Part shown: positions 16,366 through 23,878 of the stretch, one piece after another
How positions within the stretch are numbered: position 1 is the stretch's first letter
Layout: the number at the start of each line of letters is the position of its first letter
Virus record (IMG/VR): IMGVR_UViG_3300012041_000064
Coordinates: 1 to 24,215 of that record
From: a virus
Lineage: Duplodnaviria; Caudoviricetes
Strand: one strand, 5' to 3'
Length of the DNA: 24,215 nt
The notes under the pieces: generated by a model
Database searches by the model: none
Seen by the model: only the letters and a program-made list of their open reading frames with translations
Told to the model about the DNA's origin: nothing
Translations under genes and position numbers: made by a program

Positions 16366-16382
16366 AATTGATAAGTTTTGCC

Positions 16383-16417
16383 GGCAAAACCGGTTCCATT
16401 TACGGTAACCGGCTGCC
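16383..16417 (-). other. Intergenic stem-loop (processing or stability element)
   Basis: GGCA-GCCGGTT-A-CCG-TAAA-TGG-AACCGGT-TT-TGCC; no U-tract follows. Confidence 0.55.
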
Positions 16418-16434
16418 AACGTAGAGAAGAGAAA

Positions 16435-16641
16435 TCACTGTAAGAAGGTAATAGTTTCTTCACCATTATCATGTTCAACAATGTTACAGTTGAACACCTT
16501 CTTAAAAGTATGGGCTGCAAAAGCATCTATGTAGATAAGACTTGAACCAATGCACAAATACCAAGCAAATTCAAATTCGTTCTTATCATTCGTGAAACGA
16601 AGTCTATGCATTGCGGTCGGAGTTGAAATGTTAGAAGACAT
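16435..16641 (-). CDS. Hypothetical protein (68 aa)
   Basis: First ORF downstream of the promoter at 16685-16716. Confidence 0.65.
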   Translation of the reverse strand: MSSNISTPTAMHRLRFTNDKNEFEFAWYLCIGSSLIYIDAFAAHTFKKVFNCNIVEHDNGEETITFLQ

Positions 16642-16684
16642 ACAGAAGAGGTTTTAAAGTTGGTCACCAAAACCGGTGATAGAG

Positions 16685-16716
16685 CAAAGTTAAAGCGAAT
16701 ATTTGAAAACACCAAC
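16685..16716 (-). promoter_or_regulatory. Bacteroidota primary-sigma promoter for the three-gene cassette
   Basis: GTTG (16716-16713), 20-nt spacer, TAACTTTG (16692-16685): same -7 octamer and spacing as the terS promoter. Confidence 0.7.
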
Positions 16717-16809
16717 CGGTTCATACATCTCATTTGAATTGATTTTCAATAGATCGGCTTACCTAATTTATATTGCATCCAAGGCTTGTAACTGATAGAT
16801 TTCTAGTTG

Positions 16810-16858
16810 CTGGTACACTCTACAGACATATGGAACATATGATTATGGAGTGTACTAG
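16810..16858. other. Long imperfect hairpin in a non-coding gap
   Basis: ctgGTACACTC-tacaga-CATATG-gaa-CATATG-attatg-GAGTGTACtag. Confidence 0.55.
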
Positions 16859-16883
16859 TTTCAAACTTGCATTGTTCTTAGCC

Positions 16884-17000
16884 TCAACACTGGTCAACTT
16901 TTTTCCTTGAAGCGTATATCAAAAGGTCTCCTGATCTTGCCAACTTGAAGTTTTCGATATCGCTCTCTTCTATAGGGCCTTGTAAGGGTTTGAACCTCAT
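16884..17000 (-). CDS. Possible 38-aa protein
   Basis: MRFKPLQGPIEESDIENFKLARSGDLLIYASRKKVDQC. ATG coupled to the upstream stop (TAATG). Confidence 0.45.
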   Translation of the reverse strand: MRFKPLQGPIEESDIENFKLARSGDLLIYASRKKVDQC

Positions 17001-17185
17001 TAGTTTAGATACACATCAGAAACCATACCTTTATATTTACTGCTTGTGAACTTTTCAAAGAATAACACACAATACAATTCCTCTTCTGTAGCGTAAACCC
17101 AATAATATAAAGTTATAGGTTTGTACCCTTTATTCCACCAGCATTGAAATCTTACAGGCTGGAAATATCTATATAAAGCTTTCAT
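17000..17185 (-). CDS. Hypothetical aromatic-rich protein (61 aa)
   Basis: ATG overlaps the end of the helicase gene. Confidence 0.55.
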   Translation of the reverse strand: MKALYRYFQPVRFQCWWNKGYKPITLYYWVYATEEELYCVLFFEKFTSSKYKGMVSDVYLN

Positions 17186-18566
17186 AATATTGTATTCTTG
17201 CTTTAACGAAATCCATACAACCTTGCTGACCTCTGTCCTTAGAATGTAGACTAGACAAGGCTTTCATGTCAACTGTTGCTTTGCATAGAAGGTGGTGAAC
17301 GATAACAGAAGAGAAACGTGAACCAAGCCTTACTAGCCTAGCGTTTGCCTGTTGATACAATTCAAGAGACCAAGGAACACCAAACCAAATAATTATGTTG
17401 CCGCCTCCCTGGAGATTTAACCCATGGCCTATACTCTTAGGGTGTGCAACCGCTAAGGGTATTTTGCCTTCATTCCAAAGCTTTCTCTCTTCTGTTGTTC
17501 TAAGCTTAGGAAGCGAAGTTTTAAACTTACGGCTTATTCGTTCGTAATCATGCTGAAACTGGTACATAACTAACACAGGAGAAGTTGCCACATCTAGAAT
17601 GTCACTCAATGCTTGAAGCTTAGAATCATGAATAGTGTGCCACCTTCTCTCATCGTCATAGATAGCACCATTAGAGAATTGTAAAAGCTTTCCTGTAAGA
17701 ACTAAAGAGTTTGCCGCTGTAATCTCTACATCTGAATCCATAATCTCATGTACCAATTCCTCTTCGAAACGTTGATATTTTAACATAACATCTTCTGGTA
17801 AGCTGATCTTTATAACACGTTCAATCTTCTCTGGTAAGGTAACATAATCGGCTGCCTTCATTGACATACAAATGTCGCTAATCTTCCTGTAAACTATCTT
17901 CTCATAATGGTTAGCCTTACCAACAGAAGAGTTTTCATTCACCTTCACATCGTACCTAGTATAGGAATGTGTTGGAAAAGCATTAAAATACTTCTGCCTA
18001 TACTTGGTAATCGTATCTCCTAAACGCTGACCACGATCAAGAATATAAATTTGAGACCATAAGTCCATAAGGGAGTTTGGTCTTGGTGTACCTGTAAGAA
18101 TAGAGATACGTTTAAACTTTGGCAATGTCATCCGTAAAGCCTTGAACCTCTTAGAAGACTGGTCTTTGAATTTACTCGATTCATCTACCACAAGGTAATC
18201 AAATTTCCATTGTCTCTTACCTAAGGTTTGAACAAGCCAAGGAACATTCTCACAATTGATCGTATATACATCTGCATCAACAGCTAAAGCCTTTAACCTT
18301 TCCTTCTCTGTGCCTAATACCTTGCTAATACGTAAATGGTTCAAGTGTTTCCACTTCTGTATTTCATCTTCCCATGTATCCTTTGCAACCGCTAAAGGCG
18401 CAATAACTAACACCTTCTGTATATCTTCCATTAGAAGGACATTAGCTATAACTGACAACGTTACAACAGTCTTACCTAAACCCATGTCCAGGAATGCACC
18501 TGCTTTAAGGTTGTCAAGTAAATGTTGCTCTGCAAAGGTTTGAAAGGGGTAAGGGGTGTACTTCAT
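17169..18566 (-). CDS. SNF2-family (SF2) phage helicase
   Basis: LDMGLGKT, VVDESS, LTGTP, GHGLNLQ, QANARLVRLG motifs. Confidence 0.95.
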   Translation of the reverse strand: MKYTPYPFQTFAEQHLLDNLKAGAFLDMGLGKTVVTLSVIANVLLMEDIQKVLVIAPLAVAKDTWEDEIQKWKHLNHLRISKVLGTEKERLKALAVDADVYTINCENVPWLVQTLGKRQWKFDYLVVDESSKFKDQSSKRFKALRMTLPKFKRISILTGTPRPNSLMDLWSQIYILDRGQRLGDTITKYRQKYFNAFPTHSYTRYDVKVNENSSVGKANHYEKIVYRKISDICMSMKAADYVTLPEKIERVIKISLPEDVMLKYQRFEEELVHEIMDSDVEITAANSLVLTGKLLQFSNGAIYDDERRWHTIHDSKLQALSDILDVATSPVLVMYQFQHDYERISRKFKTSLPKLRTTEERKLWNEGKIPLAVAHPKSIGHGLNLQGGGNIIIWFGVPWSLELYQQANARLVRLGSRFSSVIVHHLLCKATVDMKALSSLHSKDRGQQGCMDFVKARIQYYESFI

Positions 18567-18868
18567 CCTTTTCTAAATATAGTATAACTGGTAATTTTGT
18601 TTCCTATCACCCACCTTCTGACCTCTAATGTAGAATCCGCACAAATCTTTAGTATTCTCTCATCATTAGAGAACTGTAAGGTATCACTATTACAGAAGTC
18701 ATTGTTGTGCTTTCCCCATGGCCATAATGAATCAGTTTTAACATAGATTGTGTCATAAGTGTACTTGTCTGAAAGGAAATAAACCCTTTGGCAGGTTGGT
18801 TTAATTGGCTCTTCCTTGTTACAGGCTGCCAACCAAATGAAGGTTGCGAAGATGAATAGATGTTTCAT
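18563..18868 (-). CDS. Lipoprotein (101 aa)
   Basis: Start moved to MKHLFIFATFIWLAA|C: lipobox LAAC followed by NKEE. ATGA overlap with the helicase. Confidence 0.8.
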   Translation of the reverse strand: MKHLFIFATFIWLAACNKEEPIKPTCQRVYFLSDKYTYDTIYVKTDSLWPWGKHNNDFCNSDTLQFSNDERILKICADSTLEVRRWVIGNKITSYTIFRKG

Positions 18869-18888
18869 TTTAATTGATTTTAAAGGTT

Positions 18889-19173
18889 CTAGGTGACCAA
18901 CATTAGCCACTCCAGAAAGCAAAGGTAATCTTTTTCTGTCAATATAGACCAGTGAATATGACCTCTCTTCTGTAGCCTATTACGCCATATAAGTTGCTTA
19001 GGTGACAGAATAGCACCTGTTGACTTTAACTCTACGTAACAATGAATGCCTTTAGGCAATATTACTTCCCTGTCTGGTAAACCTGTTTCAAGGAATGGTA
19101 AGAGTTTAATACATAAACCGCCTCTCTTCTTAATCTCCCTAGTGAGTTTCCTTTCTATTAGTTTTTCGTTCAT
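18889..19173 (-). CDS. VRR-NUC domain nuclease
   Basis: MNEKLIERKL...GLPDREVIL...YVELKS...LSPKQ, a PD-(D/E)xK pattern. Usual partner of phage SNF2 helicases. Confidence 0.9.
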   Translation of the reverse strand: MNEKLIERKLTREIKKRGGLCIKLLPFLETGLPDREVILPKGIHCYVELKSTGAILSPKQLIWRNRLQKRGHIHWSILTEKDYLCFLEWLMLVT

Positions 19174-19417
19174 GGTGAATCGTTGTACTTTAATTACGTT
19201 GGTGAACGGTTTTCGCAAGCCATTGATTATCAAGGGGGACACAAAGGCCCAGAACCTTTATATGTTATGTCTCTAGTAATTTCATATTTTTTTGTCTTTA
19301 GTCTCTATTATTTACTGTTTTTTAATTAGAACAATGAAAGTATAAAGGTATTATGGTATTTCTCAACCCCTTACGCAACCCCATTGAATTGGTCACAAGC
19401 TTCCCCTATTTAGGCCC

Positions 19418-19591
19418 TTAATTGTCCAGTTCCCTTATTTGCTTAACTAATTCATCTATTTCGGCCGATAACACCCTTCTTGCAGAATCTTCGTATATAC
19501 CGTTCAATAGTGCATTCATTTTAACCTGTGCTATTCTATACATACTTTCAAGAATAGATCGGTGAATTTCGTTTGCTTCTGCTGTTGTCAT
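19418..19591 (-). CDS. Hypothetical helical protein (57 aa)
   Basis: MTTAEANEIHRSILESMYRIAQVKMNALLNG...RELDN. ATG 3 nt after the upstream stop. Confidence 0.6.
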   Translation of the reverse strand: MTTAEANEIHRSILESMYRIAQVKMNALLNGIYEDSARRVLSAEIDELVKQIRELDN

Positions 19592-19647
19592 AGATTAAAA
19601 TTTTAGGTGATCGTTGTCTAAACTGCACTTGGCACAGGTTAAAATGA
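19516..19647. repeat. Perfect 16-bp inverted repeat with 100-bp spacer
   Basis: TCATTTTAACCTGTGC (19516-19531) and GCACAGGTTAAAATGA (19632-19647). Confidence 0.9.
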
Positions 19648-19705
19648 TTGTATAGATTAGAATGATTAGAAATATCATCCATCCGTTGCTTATGACAGGT
19701 TTCAT
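19595..19705 (-). CDS. 36-aa membrane micropeptide
   Basis: MKPVISNGWMIFLIILIYTIILTCAKCSLDNDHLKF. ATGA overlap with the upstream ORF. Confidence 0.55.
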   Translation of the reverse strand: MKPVISNGWMIFLIILIYTIILTCAKCSLDNDHLKF

Positions 19706-19827
19706 TTTTTGTTGTATAATTGTTTATAGTATCTACGTTGTTCACCTTGCCCCTTGTATTCTGGTAACTGGAATACGTGCAAGTATATTACCAACATTAG
19801 TATCAAAATTGGTATTACGTACTTCAT
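19702..19827 (-). CDS. 41-aa membrane micropeptide
   Basis: MKYVIPILILMLVIYLHVFQLPEYKGQGEQRRYYKQLYNKK. A-rich leader after the primase stop. Confidence 0.6.
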   Translation of the reverse strand: MKYVIPILILMLVIYLHVFQLPEYKGQGEQRRYYKQLYNKK

Positions 19828-19847
19828 TTGTTAATTTATTAAAAATG

Positions 19848-22283
19848 TTAATCGTTTGTCCAATGAGTGCTGTTAGACTTTGTCTTATTAGGTATTCTCT
19901 GAAATACCCTTTGCCGGCCATAATAGGGTATCTTCCATTTTTTGTCTTTATTTTCCCAATTGGGTATCTGTCTTAAAAGTTGAAACATTTCTCTCCCTAT
20001 TCTAGTGTTGTAATCTTTATAAGTGCCTCTAAAGAGTTCACAGTACAACTCTATAGCTGAAACCATTGTCCGTTGCATCTTACCAGTCTGCACCAGTTCG
20101 TCACCTTCTAGGTAGGCTCTCTTTTCATAAATACCAATTTCGTACCAGTTGTCAGGCAACCGTATTTCAAGAAACTCTTCAACCATTCCTATCCTGTCAT
20201 CATTCTCCATGTGTTTAGCTTGTACCTTACTAGCCTCAAATTGTGTTTTCAAAGGAAGGTGAATAGCTTCTCCCATTAGATACCAAGTGTAGACTTCGGC
20301 CCAAACTTGTTTAACCTCTTCTAAAGTAAATCCTGCAAACACGTCTTCAGTTGCCTGACTTAAATCACACACTAACGGCCAAAACCGTCTATTACCGGTT
20401 ACGTCCTTTAAGAAATACATTGCATTTGTTGTACCAAAGAAAACACATTGTCGTAAAAACTCTTGTACTGTTCTGCCGTAACTTGGCCGGTAATCGTCTT
20501 TAGTTTTACTCAAGAAGTGTTTAATAGCTTCCACTTCTGCATTCCTTATAGAGTTCAATTCACCAAATTCAATAATCCATGCACCTTGTAATTGCTCAAA
20601 TGATTCTTTGGTGTTAATGTTTGTAAGTGATTCGTTGTACCATTTATGGCCAAGTTTGCGTATTATGGTGCTTTTACCAATACCCTGTTCCCCTATAAGC
20701 ACAATCATATTATCAAATTTACAACCTGGTTCATGTATTCTGTAAACACAGGCTAGAAGTGCTTTTCGTGTTACCATTCTGGTATAAGCTGTATCGTTTG
20801 CACCTAGATAGGTCATAAATAATTCTTCGGCCCTTTCTTGGCCATCCCATTTGATACTAGCTATCCAGTCTCTAATAGGGTGGAAAAGGTGTTTCTTAGC
20901 AACGATTGCAATTGCATCGTCAATCTTGGTTATAGAAGACAGCTTGTAGATCAATTCAAGGTAGTGCCTTATAGCTGCAAAATCTTCATCTGCTATTTGT
21001 GTATAAATGCCTTCCTTTCCTCTCCATGGCAATTTGCCGTCAATGACAATAGACTTTTTCATATCGTCATACTTGAACTTACCTTTAAATGTTGGGTCAT
21101 TGTCTAACACCAGAACAGAATTGTTTATAGTGTTAAGGTAATTTCCTTTTGAGTCTATCTCCATTTTCTTTAACCAACTGTCAACCGGTTCACTTTCCTT
21201 CTGACTTTCTTCGAAATTACCAAACAATTCTTGTGCTTCAGTTAACTTTTCCCTTCCAACGGTTATTCTAACATCTGCATCAGTTGCAACTAATTCGTAC
21301 ATTGCCGTTGTTGAAGGCTTCTTGATTCTAGTGCCTTCTACCATGTCATCAAGCGAACCGAATTTATGCAACCTAACTAAATCCCAGGAATTACATAAGA
21401 CACCGCTTACAGGGTCAGTTGAGTGGTGTGAATAAGCAAACGTGTCTTCATAAATGACCAGTCCGTTTGAAGTACTTCCATTCCGGTAAGTGTAACGGTT
21501 TTCAATTGTACCTTTCTCATAAATGTCTGGTAAGTACCTGTCAATAACCTCTGGTATTGTGTACGTTCTACAGAAGCTTCCTATCATTCCTGTTTTCTCA
21601 AGAGGGTCTTGCTGTTTCACCTTTAAGGTATCAACCTTGGCCTTCTCTGAAGATGACACGGGCCATTCTGTAACGTTAGACCAATCGTTATACTCTGCTA
21701 ACACCTTACTTGGTATTACCCATTGTCCATTGTTGTAGTGGAAGTAATACTCACCATTCTTGCTTGTACTTGGCCAGTACATAAGCCGTGTTGGCTGAAA
21801 GGTTGTAGGGTCAAAAACGTCAATGTCGTACCAGCTTGCAACCATTCTGGCAATAGCTTCGTATTCGTCAATATCTACAGGCTCTTTTAAAGGTAATATT
21901 AGCCTTAACCTAGCACTTTCAACGCTGTGCTTATGGGTACTGTAAATGCAACAGGCAATGTTCCTGTGTTTGTTTGTCTTTAATATTTCTTCAATATCAG
22001 GGTTATTATCTGCATCTAAGGTAATAAGTTGCCGGTGAATAATTGAACCATTCTTACGTCTTCCACCGCTCATTAGGCCGCCAACGAAGCCACCAATGTC
22101 TTTAATTGTCGATTGTCTATCTGGTGTTGATTTAATATATTCTTTGTAGCTTTCGGTTGTTCTATGTGTTGTTTCAAGTCTCTTAACTAAGGCAGCCCAC
22201 CTCATTTCCTTGTGTTGCCACCGTTTTTCAAATCTGTTCCGGCCAATCATTATATCTATTAGGCCGTCATTGGATATAAGCAT
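19848..22283 (-). CDS. Primase-helicase (primase-like N-terminus plus VirE/VapE ATPase domain)
   Basis: TLDAD, YSTHKH, RLRLILPL, RLMYWPS; Walker A GEQGIGKST, WIIEFGEL, YRPSYGR, GTTN, GNRRFWP. Confidence 0.93.
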   Translation of the reverse strand: MLISNDGLIDIMIGRNRFEKRWQHKEMRWAALVKRLETTHRTTESYKEYIKSTPDRQSTIKDIGGFVGGLMSGGRRKNGSIIHRQLITLDADNNPDIEEILKTNKHRNIACCIYSTHKHSVESARLRLILPLKEPVDIDEYEAIARMVASWYDIDVFDPTTFQPTRLMYWPSTSKNGEYYFHYNNGQWVIPSKVLAEYNDWSNVTEWPVSSSEKAKVDTLKVKQQDPLEKTGMIGSFCRTYTIPEVIDRYLPDIYEKGTIENRYTYRNGSTSNGLVIYEDTFAYSHHSTDPVSGVLCNSWDLVRLHKFGSLDDMVEGTRIKKPSTTAMYELVATDADVRITVGREKLTEAQELFGNFEESQKESEPVDSWLKKMEIDSKGNYLNTINNSVLVLDNDPTFKGKFKYDDMKKSIVIDGKLPWRGKEGIYTQIADEDFAAIRHYLELIYKLSSITKIDDAIAIVAKKHLFHPIRDWIASIKWDGQERAEELFMTYLGANDTAYTRMVTRKALLACVYRIHEPGCKFDNMIVLIGEQGIGKSTIIRKLGHKWYNESLTNINTKESFEQLQGAWIIEFGELNSIRNAEVEAIKHFLSKTKDDYRPSYGRTVQEFLRQCVFFGTTNAMYFLKDVTGNRRFWPLVCDLSQATEDVFAGFTLEEVKQVWAEVYTWYLMGEAIHLPLKTQFEASKVQAKHMENDDRIGMVEEFLEIRLPDNWYEIGIYEKRAYLEGDELVQTGKMQRTMVSAIELYCELFRGTYKDYNTRIGREMFQLLRQIPNWENKDKKWKIPYYGRQRVFQRIPNKTKSNSTHWTND

Positions 22284-22310
22284 TGTTAAGTTTATTTGCT
22301 CGAACCCTTT

Positions 22311-22637
22311 CTAGAAGAGGTTTGATGATACTGAATAGATGTTTCTAATAAATTCGTCGTTTTTACCGTAAATATCCCATCGATAGAAGCCATTGACACC
22401 AGTTGCACCGTATTTCTTAAGAACAGCTTGCAAGGTTTCTTCTGTAATATCAACCGTTCGTACCTTCTCCCAAGTATCCTGTTGATAGTTTTTTCTGAAC
22501 AGAATAGCAAGGTATTCAGGGTCTTTAACCGTTATCGCTATTCTGGTTATTTCCTTCAAGTATTCAGGCTTCAGGTTTATTACACCCTTTGTTACGTGTA
22601 AAAGGTATTTACGTATTTCTTCTTGTGCTTTAGTCAT
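22311..22637 (-). CDS. Hypothetical protein (108 aa)
   Basis: Tightly packed in the operon with an ATG start. Confidence 0.7.
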   Translation of the reverse strand: MTKAQEEIRKYLLHVTKGVINLKPEYLKEITRIAITVKDPEYLAILFRKNYQQDTWEKVRTVDITEETLQAVLKKYGATGVNGFYRWDIYGKNDEFIRNIYSVSSNLF

Positions 22638-22640
22638 TCT

Positions 22641-22940
22641 TTAGGTTTTAAGATTTATACAACCATCACATATGCTGTCTCTGAAATGTGTTAAAGAACC
22701 ACAATTTACACATTTATAGTATTTAGGTGGGTCAATTACAAATGTTGAAATCTTCCTTTGTATGTACCAAATTGCCTTCTGTAAATCCTCAATGGTTTTA
22801 CTAGGGTCTTTTTTACCAGCCCTTACACAATACTTGACTGCATTGCCTAAATGGAAGTCAAGCTTCTTGTCTTCTATGAAGTCAATGGTGTTTATTTTAC
22901 CATCTTCATAATGTTTGACGTTGTTTACATTGTCGCTCAT
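22641..22940 (-). CDS. DUF3310-family protein with C-terminal CxxC-x10-CxxC
   Basis: DNVNNVKHY...TIDFIE...FHLGNAVKYCVRAGKK...EDLQKAIWYI pattern. Confidence 0.88.
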   Translation of the reverse strand: MSDNVNNVKHYEDGKINTIDFIEDKKLDFHLGNAVKYCVRAGKKDPSKTIEDLQKAIWYIQRKISTFVIDPPKYYKCVNCGSLTHFRDSICDGCINLKT

Positions 22941-23455
22941 AGTTTTGCTGTTTTAAGGTAAAAGTTTACTGCTTCTAACCAACGTTGTTTAGCTTCTTTA
23001 GGTTTCCAGCCTTCCCATTTATTAGCTTTAATAAGATTTTCATAATCCCACATTATTTCCTTATCATCAGCTTCATTGATTTGTTCAGTTATTGGTAGAA
23101 TACCGTATTTATCGAATATAACTTGCCGGAAATTAAGGATAGCTTCGATAACCTTAGAAGGTAACATTGCTTTGACTGGTCTTGTAATGTCTCCCCAATA
23201 AGCTTCTTCTGCATCATGGAATAAAGCTGCTAACTGTTCACCTAAGGAAACATGTCTGGCAACAGCTACACTATGTTCAGCAACACTATAGAAGGATTTT
23301 GTCGCACCATTCCACCTGCAAATGTTAGATAGACCGTGTGCAATGTCTTCTAATAGGATAAGAGTAGGGTCAGGTTTAAAAAGGTCAATAACGTTACCGG
23401 AATAAGTTACGACACTGTTTTTAGGTGTAACTAACCTTGTTGAATCTTTTATCAT
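22937..23455 (-). CDS. HD-domain phosphohydrolase (YfbR/YfdR-like 5'-deoxynucleotidase)
   Basis: DIAHGLSNICRWNG, FYSVAEHS, LFHDAEEAYWGDITRPVK, EADD. Confidence 0.88.
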   Translation of the reverse strand: MIKDSTRLVTPKNSVVTYSGNVIDLFKPDPTLILLEDIAHGLSNICRWNGATKSFYSVAEHSVAVARHVSLGEQLAALFHDAEEAYWGDITRPVKAMLPSKVIEAILNFRQVIFDKYGILPITEQINEADDKEIMWDYENLIKANKWEGWKPKEAKQRWLEAVNFYLKTAKL

Positions 23456-23465
23456 AGTTTTGTTT

Positions 23466-23873
23466 TTAAATTGTTACAGGATATCCTATTTTTATTGACT
23501 TCTGATTGAATGTGTACCGCACTGCTTCTTCCAGGTTTATACCTAACCGGTAAGCTAGAATAGAAAGGTAAATGAGTAAACCACCCATTTCTTCTGCAAT
23601 TTTTTCGTCAGTTATCTCTTCTGCTGTAATGCTGTTTCCACCGTCTAAACCACCAGAATTGACACGTTCAACTTTAGCTAGAAGGTTGCACAATTCACCT
23701 GCTTCACCCATCATAGCCATACCCCAGTAACTAATAGGTATATCGCTGCCCATTTTGTAAGCTATTCTTGTACGTAAGTCGCAAGCTAGCTGTAAATCTG
23801 GTAAGGCTAAATGGTTTACTGGTTTACCAATAGAGGTTTCTTTCAAATACGATTTGTCTGTTCTGTGTTCCAT
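23466..23873 (-). CDS. MazG-like nucleotide pyrophosphohydrolase
   Basis: GEAGELCNLLAK and IAEEMGGLLIYL..LA..LGINLEEAV..FNQKS. Confidence 0.8.
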   Translation of the reverse strand: MEHRTDKSYLKETSIGKPVNHLALPDLQLACDLRTRIAYKMGSDIPISYWGMAMMGEAGELCNLLAKVERVNSGGLDGGNSITAEEITDEKIAEEMGGLLIYLSILAYRLGINLEEAVRYTFNQKSIKIGYPVTI

Positions 23874-23878
23874 AAAAT

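Noticed and set aside
16527-16733. Track ORF of 68 aa (MRCMNRLV...)
   Set aside because: Runs across the predicted promoter and overlaps the better-placed 16435-16641 ORF.
16820-16910. Possible frameshift extension of the 38-aa ORF at GGAAAAAAG
   Set aside because: The -1 frame stops at once; the +1 frame gives only a short featureless peptide across the hairpin.
19548-19745. Track ORF of 65 aa (MNNVDT...)
   Set aside because: Three coupled ATG-initiated micro-ORFs in other frames tile this region better.
511-21738. All plus-strand ORFs in the track (e.g. 3448-3906, 9218-9724, 16036-16371, 19662-19976)
   Set aside because: They are antisense shadows of well-supported minus-strand genes, with Ser/Phe/Leu-rich composition and no motifs.
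22292-22510. Track ORF of 72 aa, and possible TAG recoding at 22311 and 17169
   Set aside because: The ORF is nested in 22311-22637. Long genes are uninterrupted under the standard code, so there is no sign of stop-codon reassignment.
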